Origin: Paragordius varius
Taxonomy: Eukaryota; Animalia; Nematomorpha
NCBI GenBank assembly: GCA_964247055.1
Contig: OZ176056.1
Span: 5,208,001 to 5,272,000, forward strand
Direction: 5' to 3'
Length of the DNA: 64,000 nucleotides
Both the position numbers and the translations under genes were made by a program. Numbering within the stretch: position 1 is the stretch's first letter; each line of letters opens with the position of its first letter. The notes under the pieces are model-generated. The model did not search any database, had not been told where the DNA came from, and saw only the letters and a list, made by a program, of their open reading frames with translations. This document shows positions 27,655 to 40,725 of this stretch, in pieces.

Positions 27655-30333
27655 GGGTGGGGTGATAAAAAAGTCACACTTGTAAGCCAAGCGTGGCAAG
27701 TTGAGCAAGTTTACTTAAGCCAGCAGGTGTACACTTGAAGATCGGTGATAAAAAAACACAAGTCTTTTGCTTATGAATGTAACATTTTTTTACCACCCAA
27801 TTCAAACTATGTGGGAAATATTTTAAAATTTTACAACGAAAATTTATTGATCAAGACAATAAAAAATAAACATCCAATAGAATATGCATATATTGAGTTA
27901 AAACTCAAAGTCACGTATTATAAAATTATAAATATTAAAAAAATTTAAATGTTCAAACTGGTACCTATAGTTTATAGGTTGAGGAAACCATTCGCCCTTA
28001 AACACTCTTTATTTATTTATTTTAAGCACTACCAGTTTCACGAAATAACGATTGCGCTTAAAATATCTAATCAAAGGTTTAAGAAATTTCAGGAAGATAT
28101 ATAGAATTGGATTTAACCCATAAATCACGGAATAACAGGTGATATATCTAAATAACTTACGTAATTCAATAAAAATATTTGTATAAATACATAGATTGTT
28201 GCACGTTAAAAAATGAATGACGTTCCCTGAACAATTTTCATCGTTATAATTCCTGGAGATCTATAAATTAAGGTTAATTTATTTTTGAAAATATATATTA
28301 GATTATAGATTTTAAAAAAATATCCTTCCATTAAAAAAAATTTATATTATGTAGGTTATTACAGTGAAAAAATGCATATGAACAATTCTAGAAACAAATC
28401 GGAGCGCAAAAAAATAGAATTGCAACATATGAAATTGGTAAGATTAATAATGAAAGCATTTAGTTTATAAGTTCATGAATTTTTCCAAATGATATTAATA
28501 TAAAAAGAGGTGGCGAACTTTCACCCAGATTATGTGTGGAGATTTTCCTCCGTTACATTAGCGACCCCGAGTTTCAAGTTCGCTAATGATTTTGGTGTAG
28601 AACGATTAACCCCAACTTAAACAGTATCTAAAGTGGCAGAAAAAATTGTGAGATTACTCATAAATGGATCCGATTTCCATCTAACCAGTTCTAACTAGAA
28701 GAGGCTAAACAACGTTGGCAGAAGAATCATATGTGACGGTGATGAAATCATAACGAGTTTAAACGTTAAAATGCCGGGAAGCGTTCACAATAGCCGTTTT
28801 CAGAAAAAGTATAATTCTTTCTAGCCACCAATGCAGCACTATTGAGTGACAGTGGGTAGCCAATATTTAAGAACCCCATTTAAACCTTATACAAACTAAA
28901 TTCAATACATTACACGCCAAAGAGAGAAAAATCATTGAAAGACATTTGGTCAATTAAATGCCGGTTTCCTATATTGCTAATATTATGCAAGTCCGTTTAA
29001 TTCCGCAATTAATATCATTGTAATCTGAGCCGTTTTATATAACATGGCTAAATTTTTAAAGGAGATTTTATAATGTGATATCGATTTAGATAATATTTAT
29101 GATGACGATGAAGACAATACGGATAGTGATAGTGCTCAGAGACGAAAGAATCTCAGGCTAACAAAAACGAGATAATATACTAAATATATTGAACGCATAT
29201 AATTTATTATTCTCAATTTTTGTTCAATAAAATAAAAAATCATAGTCATAATTGTCGTGTATATATAAATAAATAGATTATGACACAAAAGGAATATAAT
29301 GTAATATAAAAAAGATGCTTATAAAAATAAGATTAACAATTAATATATATACTGTATATCATAGGAGCGAAATTACATGTGAACTTATAGTTCAAAAGAT
29401 TATAAATGTAATAGGAATACGATTGGCAAGTTCTCGAAAAGGGAAAAATTTGAGAATATTTATGGCGAAAATTAAATTATTAAAAACATAAAATCGATAT
29501 TGCCTAATTTCGAAAAAAATGATTAATTACCAAAAAATTTTAATCGATGCCAACTTGAATTTATTATAATAACTTAAAAGAAACATAATAATGAATTTAA
29601 GACCATGTTATTAACACAAAAATACAGGTATCGAACATACTCTAAAAAATTGTATCAAACAAAAAAATTTCTATATCATGATAAATAAGTATTTACTTCG
29701 GTTAAAATCAGCGACACTTTATATACGTTGTGCATTAAATGTTTTTAAATACCAAAAAACTGAACCATTAATATAAATAGCATATAGCTGAAAAGACTTT
29801 CTTTTCCCTTTATCATTTAATTACATACAAGTATATTTACATTATGCCTATAAATCAACCTATATCCGCAACAACAAAGGGCTGCATTGATGCATTACAC
29901 TGGTGTAAAAGGTAGCATAAGACATTTTCTGTAAACATTATCGCATAAAAATTATAATAGGATTTAATATCTACTTACACATTTTGTAGAGTTTTTTCAA
30001 ACATTTCATTTTCATCTGTATCCACCCAGTATGAACATGTAAAATTAGCCAAAATTTTTAAATAACTGATCAAAGGTTCTACATATAAAACCTAAATTAT
30101 ATACATAAAAAGTTACCAAAATATTGTTTTTCCAAGTGTTTGAATATGTCAAGTGTGCCCTATACCACACTTGCAATATCTTCTAGTTTTTCTTAATCAT
30201 ATGATGTTATATCACCTCCGGTTTAAGTTTTATTGCTTGACTTAAGTGCTCTAATGATAAATTTATCACATGAAAGCAAGCCATGACTTGAAAAACTTGC
30301 CATTAAAATCAAATTTTTTTTATCACCCCACCC
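27655..30333 (+). mobile_element. PIF/Harbinger DNA transposon relic, 2679 bp
   Basis: 18-bp TIRs GGGTGGGGTGATAAAAAA (27655-27672) and TTTTTTATCACCCCACCC (30316-30333), a 3-bp flanking repeat TAT, CAAG/CTTG-rich subterminal motifs, and an internal decayed transposase. Confidence 0.85.
28340..29200 (+). pseudogene. Harbinger (DDE_Tnp_4 / HARBI1-like) transposase pseudogene
   Basis: Frameshifted fragments VEIFLRYISDP, ICDGDEIITSLNVKMPGSVHNSR (cf. WPGSVHDSR), LLSDSG* (cf. LLGDSGY), FNTLHAKERKIIER and AVLYNMA, followed by an acidic tail. Confidence 0.8.
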
Positions 30334-30634
30334 TATATTTAAAATTTTGAAACTCCTTAGTTATGAGGGTCATAAAAGTGATATTTTTTTATAATCCTTT
30401 ATTTATTAAATTTAAACATCTGAAACAACATTATTTTAAATGGTGAAGCATATTGGTTCTTTAATTGAATGTCTGGCTGATATCATAGGTGTTTGTATAT
30501 TTTTTAATGCAGCTCAAAAAACATGGAATCGCTAAAAAAATTATTCATATTATTGCCATATTATTGGTAAAGTGCAGGAGGAACCTATTTTAATCAACAC
30601 ATAAAAATATCGAAATTCCCATTTTTCTATAAAA

Positions 30635-30685
30635 CTAGTGTAAATCTCTGGCTGCTGAGCACCCCGAGAAAGTCCATCGACTTCT
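30635..30685 (-). mobile_element. Helitron-type 3' terminus (degraded copy)
   Basis: ctagtgtaaatctctggctgctgagcaccccgagaaagtccatcgacttc is a paralogue of 31636-31686. It shares a downstream ~130-bp repeat (30850-30950) with 32110-32580. Confidence 0.55.
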
Positions 30686-30996
30686 TGGGGGGTGGTTAAA
30701 ATATTTTGTCTTTATACTCGTATGATCTATTAATTTTAACGAGAAATGACCTCAAAATGATAATGTTAAGCGGGTTTAAGGATATAAAGGCCCCAAACAC
30801 ACCAAATTTAAACAATGTTAACTAAAAAATATTTATTCAGCAATGATCTTAGTATAAAAACATAAGCAATTATTGGGTGAAAAACTGCAAAAAAAGCTTT
30901 ATTTTTGACATTGGGTATATAAATAAAAAAGACATGTATAATTTTGTCTTTATGGACTAAAAAGGTTGGACTTACACACATTTGTAAGATTCCTAT

Positions 30997-31034
<38 letters not shown>

Positions 31035-31635
31035 ATATTAATGCATAACCAGTGGATGCAGTTGATCACTGTAAGAAAGTTTTGTCCTCATGGAGTAAAT
31101 ACACTGAGTGCAAAAAAATTTTAACGAAAATTTTTTTCATGAGATATCTTATGACCAGTGTATTCATTTGCCGCACAAATTTTTATTTGTTGACAACCTA
31201 GTTTTTGAAATATTGAGAGAAAACTGAAATCAGGCAAAAAGTGAAAATTAGGGATAATTAAGGATAATTCAAAAAATAATGATAAAATCTGAAATCTTGT
31301 TGTTTAATATCATTTTAGAAGATATTTTCAATATATAAATAGCCTAAAATCATATAGTTAGGGTTTCTATAAAATTACAGGTCAAAAGATGGCTTTCTTT
31401 TATTACATTTAAACAAAAAAATGAAACTATATTAATAATTATTAATTATTTACTACCTAAAATCAGGGGCGTACCGAGGGGAGGGGACAAGGCGGTGCAT
31501 CATGCCCCGGACGCCGTTATTTAGAGGCGCCTAAATGATTTTTCAAAATTAAATTTTAATTATGCAAAAATAATAAGAACTTTCAAATGAGATTTTTCAG
31601 CAATTTAGGTAATAATCCCTAAAATATATACTATA

Positions 31636-31686
31636 CTAGCGTAAATCTCGGGCTGCTACGCAGCCCGAGGAAGTCCTTTGGACTTC
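31636..31686 (-). mobile_element. Helitron-type 3' terminus with a double hairpin
   Basis: On the minus strand: gaagtcc-aaa-ggacttc, then ctcgggctgc-gta-gcagcccgag (perfect 10-bp stem), then atttacg-CTAG followed by T. This is the canonical hairpin + CTRR|T end. Confidence 0.7.
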
Positions 31687-32109
31687 TGGGGGAGGGGGGT
31701 AAGGGACAATAAAATGATCCACATATGTGGATTATTTCAAAACGTTATTTAATAGATATAATTTTAAAGGAATTTTAAAACGGTGCATTCATAGTAATAT
31801 ATTGTACAAATGAGGGTAAAATAAATATAAAAAAAATTTTTTAAATGGCATTTTACGGGGAGAGCGGGTAAAAAGAGGGACTAAATCAAAAAGGCGAGAG
31901 GACTATGTTCGGCCCGATCAAAAATAAGTAAACAAAAATCATATTTGAAATTGAATGGTCCAACACCTTCTCCAAAAAATTGTCTCAAACACACGATTTT
32001 TGTGGACCTCTGTTTTCAAAAACGAACCCGTTTTTCACACGGGGTGGGTCCAAACTGGAGGCATATTTCAAAAAAAGTGGAAGAATAAATAAATAATCGG
32101 TATTTATTT

Positions 32110-32580
32110 TAATATAAAAAAACATAAGCAAATATTGGGTGAAACTTCCAAAAAAACAATATTTATGACATTGCGTTTATAAATAATAAAAATCAAATGT
32201 ATAATTTTGTCCACTTTAATGAGTAGAATATGTCCACATTGTTACACCAAATTTAGACCATATTAAAAAAAATATTTAATCAATAAATTTAGCATAAAAA
32301 ACCTAAGCAAATAATAGGTGATACGTGCAAAAAAACGACTATTTTTGACATTGCGTATATAAATAATAAAAACAACATGTATAATTTTGTCCGGTCTAAT
32401 GAGTGAAATATGTCAATAATGTAAAGCTCTTTTAGTATAAAAAACATAAGCAAATAATAGGTGAAACGTGCAAAATAAACGAAAATTTTGACAATGCGTA
32501 TATAAATAATAAAAACAACATGTATATTTTTGTCCGGTCTAATGAGTGTAATATGTCCATAATGTAAAGCTCTAAGAATA
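32110..32580. repeat. ~130-180-bp tandem repeat, about 3 copies
   Basis: ataaaaa(a/c)ataagcaaata...tgacattgcgtatataaataataaaaacaacatgtataattttgtcc recurs at ~32110, ~32290 and ~32435. Confidence 0.75.
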
Positions 32581-32596
32581 AAAAATCAACCCAAAA

Positions 32597-33854
32597 GGTT
32601 GCGGATCAGGTAAGGTATATTTACCACCATTCAGAATTTACCCACAACATTAAATAAATTAGCCGGTAATACTTACGATTCTAAACATTTTTACTTAAAT
32701 ATTAGGGGTACAATTCCTGCTCTCAAATCACATCGTTTGGAGCGGATATAGTACCAACTAAAGAACTAACTTCTCAGGTGAGGCGTAAAATCTAATATAA
32801 GGCAGGCTCTTTGTCTCCAGCACAAGGGAGCCATCACTATTTTTTACAAATATAATATGTTGGTGATGATACCGTTAAATTTGCTAAGCGTTGCAATGAT
32901 TTTACCAATGTTAAGAGGCCAATAAATATGAGTGACAGGGACCATCAGCAAAAGCAGTCGGCGAAGTTCTTTCAAACTGCAAAATATATGATGCCATCTA
33001 ATACATATAAAGTTATTCATGCTTAACAATCGCTTCATGGCGACCATGAACGTAGATATAATACTCCTACAATGAATGAGGTGGCGATGTTAAAAATGGA
33101 GATCAATTTTATTAAACAATATATTTATTCACCTAGAAAAATGGTTCAAAGACTCATAGATGGTATGATACGTTACAATATCCACTAATATTCTAGAATG
33201 GTACAGATCAATATAAATTTATTTGTTTAGATGATTAATACTATCACTAAAGAAGAGACTAATAAAAAATGTAGCGCAATGAAATATTTATGTATTAATG
33301 TCAGGATATGCATAATATAAGATGAAGACATTTATTTGACCAATACATTGTAGATATGCATGCAATAGAAACAAAATATGCTACATCTTCCTAAATCAGG
33401 CTAAACTTTGTTCTGGAGAATATATACACCTAACCTAATATCAACGATATTAGGAGATATACAATACTACCATCCTCATACATAGGTAGTCTTCGCCATA
33501 TGCATGAATATGCCCAGGATGCTCACGCGTATGTGGCAAAATGTGGCCGCCAGGATAACTTGTTACATTTACATGAAATCTTATTTGGGAATCTATAAAT
33601 CTTCTTCTATTCCCTGGTCCAAAATAAAGTCAAGTGAAATAGATTCTGTTATCCGCTGCCTATTCTCACTTATTGTTAAAAACCTTTAAAGCTCAATATT
33701 AGAGATGAAATGTCCCAGTATCAGTCAGGAATATATATAAGTAGCTGTATGGTGCATATTTTCGTTTCCTATATATGAACGTAGCCCTCCAGTTGTTCAA
33801 TTGGCAATACATTTAGAAAATGGGCAACGTGTTTATTTTACACCTTCTAATTAG
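32597..33854 (+). pseudogene. Helitron Rep/helicase N-terminal relic, internally deleted
   Basis: Frameshifted motifs CGSGKVYLP, DSKHFYLNIRG-YNSCSQITSFGA, HERRYNTPTMNEVA, LFDQYIVDMHA, GSLRHMHEYAQDA and AVWCIFSFPIYERSPPVVQLAIHLENGQRVYF. The HUH motif region was not seen. Confidence 0.85.
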
Positions 33855-33864
33855 AGAGTAAAAA

Positions 33865-34685
33865 AAATATTCTGACATGGAACATTTTTTACAAAAAAAA
33901 TATTTAGATATTTTAACCTTTTTTAAAATTTTCTATACAAAATATAAAAATTTATAGTTACCCACAATAACGGAAGAAAAATATGAATATTTAAAAGCTT
34001 TCATAAATACTTTGGGGATGTAGATTTAAAATCTATTTGAGATTTTCTATTATAAATAAATACGAAACACTATTAATAAACCATACCTCTTTTTAACAGT
34101 GTCAACAATATGTGGCGCCTCATTTTTTCTTAGTGTATGATATGGAATTTGTTTTTTCAATCTTTGGCTTATATGTTTTGATAGCAGAGCTTTTCTGGGT
34201 AAAAAATGCATAAAAAAAATATATGGTTAAATAAGCTGTATTTGAAAAGAGAGATTATATTTTTACCTGGGTAAAAAATGCATAAAAGAATTATATGGTT
34301 AAATAAGCTGTATTTAAAAAGAGAGATTATATTTTTACTTTGCTAGAAGACAGCGCCTTTTTTGAGTATTCAGTTTTTTAATTCTTTCGCTTTTACGTAT
34401 TTTTGTTGACTTCTCAATGGCTGATGCAGGTTGATCGATAATATTTGATTCATAGTTATTATTTTCCGCGTCATGTGATGGTTTCATTGTTTGATAAGAT
34501 AATGGATATTTATATAAAGGTGCAATATGATAAAAAACAATATTTATGCTAATATTTTAGAGTAGCACTATTAAAGGAAAGGGACCCATTTTTATTTAAT
34601 GTTTATATCATGATAAAAATTTTATAAAATGGTTAAAATATCTAAATAATTTTTTTTGTAAAAAAAGTTTCATGTCAGAATATTT
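33865..34685. mobile_element. ~820-bp MITE with ~80-bp TIRs and an internal ~71-bp tandem duplication
   Basis: aaatattctgacatggaac...tatttagatattttaacc is inverted at ~34600-34685. ctgggtaaaaaatgcataaaa... occurs twice at ~34195-34337. Confidence 0.7.
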
Positions 34686-34759
34686 GGACGGCATTGTTGT
34701 TTTAGAAATTTTTTGCAAAATATCGTTTTCATTTAATTTTAAAGGTAAAGTTAATGATA

Positions 34760-37700
34760 TTATTATTACATTACATGTTTTCACTCGTGAGAGCGGTCAT
34801 GTTATACAACCTGTCTCGCCATAAAACTCTATCTATGACGTCCTCTGCATTAAGCTCGTATTCTGCTAGCTCTCTTTTTACTGTATCTATCCATTTTGTT
34901 TTAGGCCGCTTACGTCCTCGTTTTCCTTCAACTATATGACTATCTATTATTTTTGCAATATAATTAGAATCTCTCCTTTCAATGTGCCCGAACCAACGTA
35001 GCCTATTTTTGACATTTTTTCCACTATAGGTTTAATATTAGTGCTCCCACGAATAAATCTATTCTCAATTCTGTCCTTTCTTGTTACCCCACACATCATT
35101 CTGAGCATTTTCATTTCAGTCACGTTAAAATGTCTTTCTTCGGATTTTTTGACACCCCACGTCTGTGAATTATACATCATTGAGGGCTGGACAACTGAAC
35201 TGTAAATCTTACCTTTCACTCTAACATCAATATTTCGATCGCATAATACGCTCGAAATTTTCTTCCAATTTACCCAGCTGCTCTTTATTCTTAAATTAAT
35301 ATCGTCAGTTAACGAACCATCTGCACTTAACATAGCTCCCAGATATTTGCAACTTTCTTTACCCTTCAGAACCCAACTATCATCAACTACCATTTCATGT
35401 TGTGGACCCCCAAAAGTAATAAGTTCGGTTTTTGCTTTGTTTACTTTCATACCATATTGATCCGACATAACAACCCATCTGTTTACCGTTCGCTTTAACT
35501 CAATTAATGAATCAGACAAGATGATTATGTCATCTGCATACATTAAGTACCATCCTGAACTCACATTAACAACCTTGGCTACCTCGTCCATACAAATTAT
35601 AAAAAATAAGGGGCTGAGTGATGAGCCTTGGTAGACTCCATGCTTTATTGAAAAGGGCTCTGATAAACCTTGTGGAGTTTTAATCCTGGAGGTGTGTGAT
35701 TCGTACTTTATTTGTAACAACTTAATATAACTTTCTGGCACCTTTTTACGACGGAGACTCCACCAAATAGTTTCTCTAGGAATCCTGTCAAACGCCTTCT
35801 CCATATCAATCAAAACCCCGTGTAATTCTTTCTTTTTTTCAATGTGTTTTTCAATCAACCTCCTAACCGCATGTATAGGATCTACTGTTGACTTTCCTGG
35901 CATGAAACCAAATTGATTTCCTTCTATAGATATCATTTTCCTGATTCTCTTTTCAATAATTTTTTCAAACAATTTCATAGTGTGCGACATAAGTTTTATC
36001 CCTCTATAGTTACTACATTCATTTATATCACCTTTTCCTTTAAATAAAGGCACAATTAAACTTTCCTTCCATTCAACCGGGATTTCATACGTTGAAACAA
36101 CTTTATTAAATACACGCTCCAATCCAGAATTTCCAAGCACTTTCCAACAATTTATATTTATGTCGTCCGATCCTACAGCTTTGTTGTTTGGCATTTCTAA
36201 CAAATTAGATTCTACTTCCTTTTGTGTAATTGCTTCTATTGGTCTATCAGTAGCTTCAACTGTATTTGGCAAAAATATCTCGCCTACCCCTTCATCTAAA
36301 CTCACAAAGTACTCTTTCCATCTTTTTAATATTTCTACATTTTCGCACAGCAAGATTCCATCTTTTCCTTTTATTGCAGTCGCATAACCTGGCAAATCCA
36401 TCCTGCGTTTATTCCTTTGCTGCGCAACTTTATACACTTTGTTTAAACCTTGCTTACTATTTAACTCATCATAAAATTAATTCATTTTTTCTTTCTTAAC
36501 CTGGCCGACTAATTTTTTCAATTCCTTATTTAAACTTTTATACTTATCTCTATCATCATCATTCCTTGTATGTCTCCATTTGTCAAAAGCCTTACCTTTT
36601 TCTCGTGACATCAATATTATTCTTTCATCGTAAAGCCAAGCCTCTCTGTATACTTGAGATTTTCCGCCTCTTAATCCACAAACTAGAGTTCCTGCCTTTT
36701 TGATTAACTGACTTACTTTATCCCAATCACCATTTAACCCACCATCCTCGGATAACCGTATTTCTTTTATAAAAGCCTGCCTTTTTTCGGATAATTTCTC
36801 CCACTTAATACTTTTTAATCTCTTTGAATAAGAACCACTTTGTTTAGACTTTTATTTCACGGAAAATTTACAAATAAGTAAATTATGTTGCGAACTAACC
36901 TCTAAGTTTGGCACGACCTTACAATCTATTACAAGCTTCAATAAGTCTCTTGGAACATGTATAAAATCTATTTGAGATTTGTTTATGCCGCTCTTAAAAG
37001 TTACTAGATGACTCTCTCTTTTTTCGAAAAACGTGTTCGCTATCGCCAAATTGTGAGATTGTGCAAATCTGAGCAAATTAATTCCTTCCTCGTTTCTTTC
37101 TCCATAAGAATGTCCCCCGTGCCATATTTCAAAAGATTCCCTTTTTGAACCAATATGACCATTAAAATCCCCACATAAAAACTTGACTCTGAGCTGAGGG
37201 AGAGCGACTATTTTTTCATCTAGAGTCTCGTAAAATTGCTCCTTTTCTTGTTTCGGTAAACCTATTTGCGGGGCATATATACTAAATACCGTTATGACCT
37301 CGTTTCCTACCAAAATATCTAAATTCATGATTCGGTTGTTATAGCGTCTTACTTCTTTAACCTGATTGGACAACTTGGGATTAATGATTATTGCCACTCC
37401 ATTTCGTCCGCCACTTTCACCTGAGTAATATAGTCGATAATTCTCTTCCAAAGTCCTTGCTCCGTTTCCGCGGTAACGAGTCTCTTGTAATGCCAAAATA
37501 TCAATATGTTTAACTTTCATTATTCTCACAATATCATTTAACTTACTTTTCAATGAACCAACATTTAAACTAGCAAAATACAGGCATCCCGTATTCCTTT
37601 GCATTCTCTTTGTATTATTGGCCACAACACCAAAACCGCGGCTGGCCAGGCCTGACCGGTTATTACTATACACATCAATATTCATTTGACAGCTTTAAAC

Positions 37701-38147
37701 AAACAAAATAAAAATAATAAAATTGAAGTGTCGAACTAATTATGACAAATTGATAGATGTTAAAAAAAACCTAGGCTATAGGTAAAAACGGAAATTATAT
37801 TTCGCAATAAAAATTTAAAGCAAAAATTATGTATAAAACAATATAAATCAAGGGTTATTTTATGTGTCATAGTAAAAAATAAAATAAATAGTGCTACAAT
37901 ACTTATCCAAGAATACAATCTATATATTTAAGAGAATATTAATAGGCAAATTATAGGAAAAGGCCAACGGTAAGTCCTACGTCCAAAAACAAAAATGGGA
38001 ATAGGTATGTTATAACAAAATTTAAAGTATAGGATAAGTGATAAAACATAGAATAAACTTTGAAGATAAATAGATATAATATAAAATAAATAAGAATTTA
38101 GAATTTTTCGTTTGTGTAGTGGTCGAACGCGCGCGCGTAAAATATAT
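34760..38147 (-). mobile_element. Full-length RTE-clade LINE, 3388 bp, with a 14-bp TSD
   Basis: TSD TAAAGTTAATGATA at 34746-34759 and 38148-38161, a short (TAA)-like 3' tail, and a single EN-RT reading frame. Confidence 0.92.
34771..37685 (-). pseudogene. RTE endonuclease-reverse transcriptase ORF with two in-frame TAA stops and one late frameshift
   Basis: ORFs 36852-37685 (APE: SLNVGSL, LALQETR, GDFNGHIG, SQIDF, SQHNLL) and 34947-36437 (RT: GVYQGSSLSP, MYADD, KYLG) are in the same frame. Stops fall at 36852-36854 and 36477-36479. The C-terminus RLRWFGHIERR...KRPKTKWID lies in another frame and ends at 34771. Confidence 0.9.
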
Positions 38148-38487
38148 TAAAGTTAATGATAACCTTTAATTAAATTAAAACTAACATTATAGAAATAGAA
38201 AATTGGTTATTTTTATAATTTAGCCAATGACCAATTACGTTGACTAAATTATTACCTTTCGGTTATAAATTTAAATAGGTATGTATTATCAAGTATTTTT
38301 AAATTTTTTTTATTTTTATCAATTTATAAATTTTTTATAAGCGCAAAATTATTCCCTGGTTATATCTTCCATATATTTCTAGGGTATTGTGTGTTAAACA
38401 CGTAGGGTATTCATATACCCCATTTTGAATCGAAGGACATAAATGAATGATGTAAGATAGTGTTAATTTTTTTACTGTGTAATGTTT

Positions 38488-39675
38488 GAGCCTGCGAAAC
38501 CGCTATTTGAAATTTGGCATTAACATAATTGTGATATTCTATGATGGCGCATTTTTCAGGGCGTGTACGGCTAAATTAAGGGCTAATTTAAAAAAACCGC
38601 ACGATGTAAATTTTTGCCTTGTTGCGGGTGATATTTTTAGCAGCTATTGAGCTCATATGGCCTGATAAGTTTTCTGAAATTTAACCCCAAAGGCACGCAA
38701 AAACGATATGACGGGTCGGTTTTTAGCGGTTATCTCCCTACCCAGCAGCTATCATTAAAGAAACGCCTGACTAAAATTTTTGGCTTTTAACAGGGATTAG
38801 CTGGAATCCTTATCGAATCCCTACGGTTTCATACCTTGTGCGAAAAATACATTCAAAAAATATTTTGATGAACTTAGTTTTTTTGAAAAAAGTGCTATTT
38901 TACGGAGGTAGCGGGTATAAAGAGGGCCTAAATCATAAAAGCGGGCCGACTATGTTCGGCGCGATCAAAAATAAGTAAACAAAAATCATATTTGAAATTG
39001 AATGGCCCAACACGTTCTCCGGAAAATTGTCTCAAAGATACCCGTTTTTTACACGGGGTGGGCCCGAACTGGGGGCCTATTTCAAAAAAATGGCGAAGCT
39101 ATTGTCGAGGCATTCATTGATCATTATATTTTTTCGATGTTTGGATTTGATTGGGTTCACCGGTTTTCCGGAAACAGATCACAAAGTTATATGAAAAATC
39201 AGTTTTTAGCGGGTAGCTCCTTACCCAGCAGCTATCATCAAATAAACGGTGGACTAAAATTTTTGCTTTTTAACAGGGAATACGTGGAATCCATATTGAA
39301 TTTTTACGGTCTCTTACCTAGGGCGAAAAATCGATTTAAAAAAATATTTATGTGGACTTTGTTTTTTGAAAAAGGTGGCATTTTACGGGGGGAGCGGGTA
39401 AAAAGAGGGCCTAAATCAAAGAAGTGACTCGACTATGTTCAGCGCAATCGTAAATAAGTAAACAAAAATCATATTTGAAATTGAATGGTCCAACACGTTC
39501 TCCGGAAAATTGTCTCAACCCGTTTTTCATACGGGGTGGGCCCGAACTGGGGGCCTATTTCAAAAAAAGGGCGAAGCTATTGTCGGGGCATTCATTAATG
39601 ATTATATTTTTTCGAAGTTTGGATTTGATTGGGTCTACCGGTTTTCCTGTACCAGATCATAAAGCCAGCATTTTC
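38488..39675. repeat. Dispersed repeat family with internal ~120-250-bp subrepeats, copy 1 (possibly Helitron/Helentron-derived)
   Basis: Starts gagcctgcgaa(a/g)ccg and ends aagccagcattttc. The block gatcaaaaataagtaaacaaaaatcatatttgaaattgaatggtccaacac recurs at ~31920, ~38965, ~39450 and ~42230. Superfamily is inferred only. Confidence 0.6.
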
Positions 39676-40725
39676 AATTTTTATAAATATATAGATTATT
39701 CACCTAAGTACGTTTATATTTATTTTACTAAATTGTTTTATTGGCTTTAAAAAAAGTGGGGGCATCATAAAAGTTTTATACCCTGGGCGCCGCAAATGCT
39801 CGGTACGCCACTGCCTAAACTCACTATTAAGATCTTAATATTCATATTTTATTCAGTAAAATAAACTTCTAAATCAAAATAAAACCAAAAATATTGTTTT
39901 TTATTTTGGCATTTTTTTGTCATCTGGTTTATGAGTAAAAAATTTATACTGTTTTATTTTGGATTCTTACATGATTAGGAATTATTAAGTATATAATTTA
40001 TGGAAAATATGATTTAAAAGTAGTGGAATGTCAACCAACAATCCTTACAATTTCCTTTAACAAGTCTGTTTTATGACAAATTAATATTTGGATTGGGATT
40101 TGTACGGTTGTTGGTTGATATTCCACTAATTTTCAAACCTATTTTTCATAAATTATATACTAAATAATTCCTAATCATGTAAGAATCCAAAATAAAACAG
40201 TATAATTATTAAAACACTCATATACTAGATGACAAAAAAATGCAAAAATAAAAAACAATATTTTTGGTTTTATTTTTATATAGAAGTTTATTTCCTGAAT
40301 AAAATATAGATGTTTTTTAATAGTGAGATTAGGTAGAAATAATTGATAAAAATTATTAATATAGTTTCATTTTTTTTCTTTTAAGTGTGATAAAAGAACG
40401 CCATCTTTTGACCTGTAATTTTATAGAAACCCTATTTAGGCTATTTATATATTGAAAATATCTCCTAAAATGATATTAAACGATAATATTTCTAATTTTA
40501 TCATTATTTTTTGAATTATCCTTAATTATCCTTAATTTTCACTTTTTGCCCGATTTCGGTTTTCTCTCAATATTTCAAAACTAGGTTGTCAACAAATAAA
40601 AATTTTTGCAACAAATGAATACGCTGGTCATAAGCTATCTCATGAAAAAAAATTTTTTCGTTAAATCAAAATGACCCTCTTTTTTGCATACAGTGAATAT
40701 ATATGGCTTACACACAATCGGATTG

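Larger units (their letters stand above)
31464..39813. mobile_element. hAT-like non-autonomous element carrying nested insertions
   Basis: 15-bp TIR CAG(G/T)GGCGTACCGAG (14/15 match). 8-bp TSD cctaaaat (31456-31463) / cctaaact (39814-39821). Uninterrupted paralogues of the host palindrome confirm the empty site. Confidence 0.75.
31102..40695. mobile_element. ~1.24-kb palindromic (foldback-like) TIR element with CACTG...CAGTG termini, interrupted by an 8.35-kb insertion
   Basis: 31102-31463 joined to 39822-40695 gives one near-perfect inverted repeat with its centre at ~40055-40095. There is a TA before the left end. Confidence 0.8.

Noticed and set aside
36477-36854. Alternative genetic code or readthrough suggested by two in-frame TAA in the RTE ORF
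   Set aside because: CSTF3 has no internal TAA/TAG in 726 codons and ends in TAA; ordinary nonsense mutations suffice.
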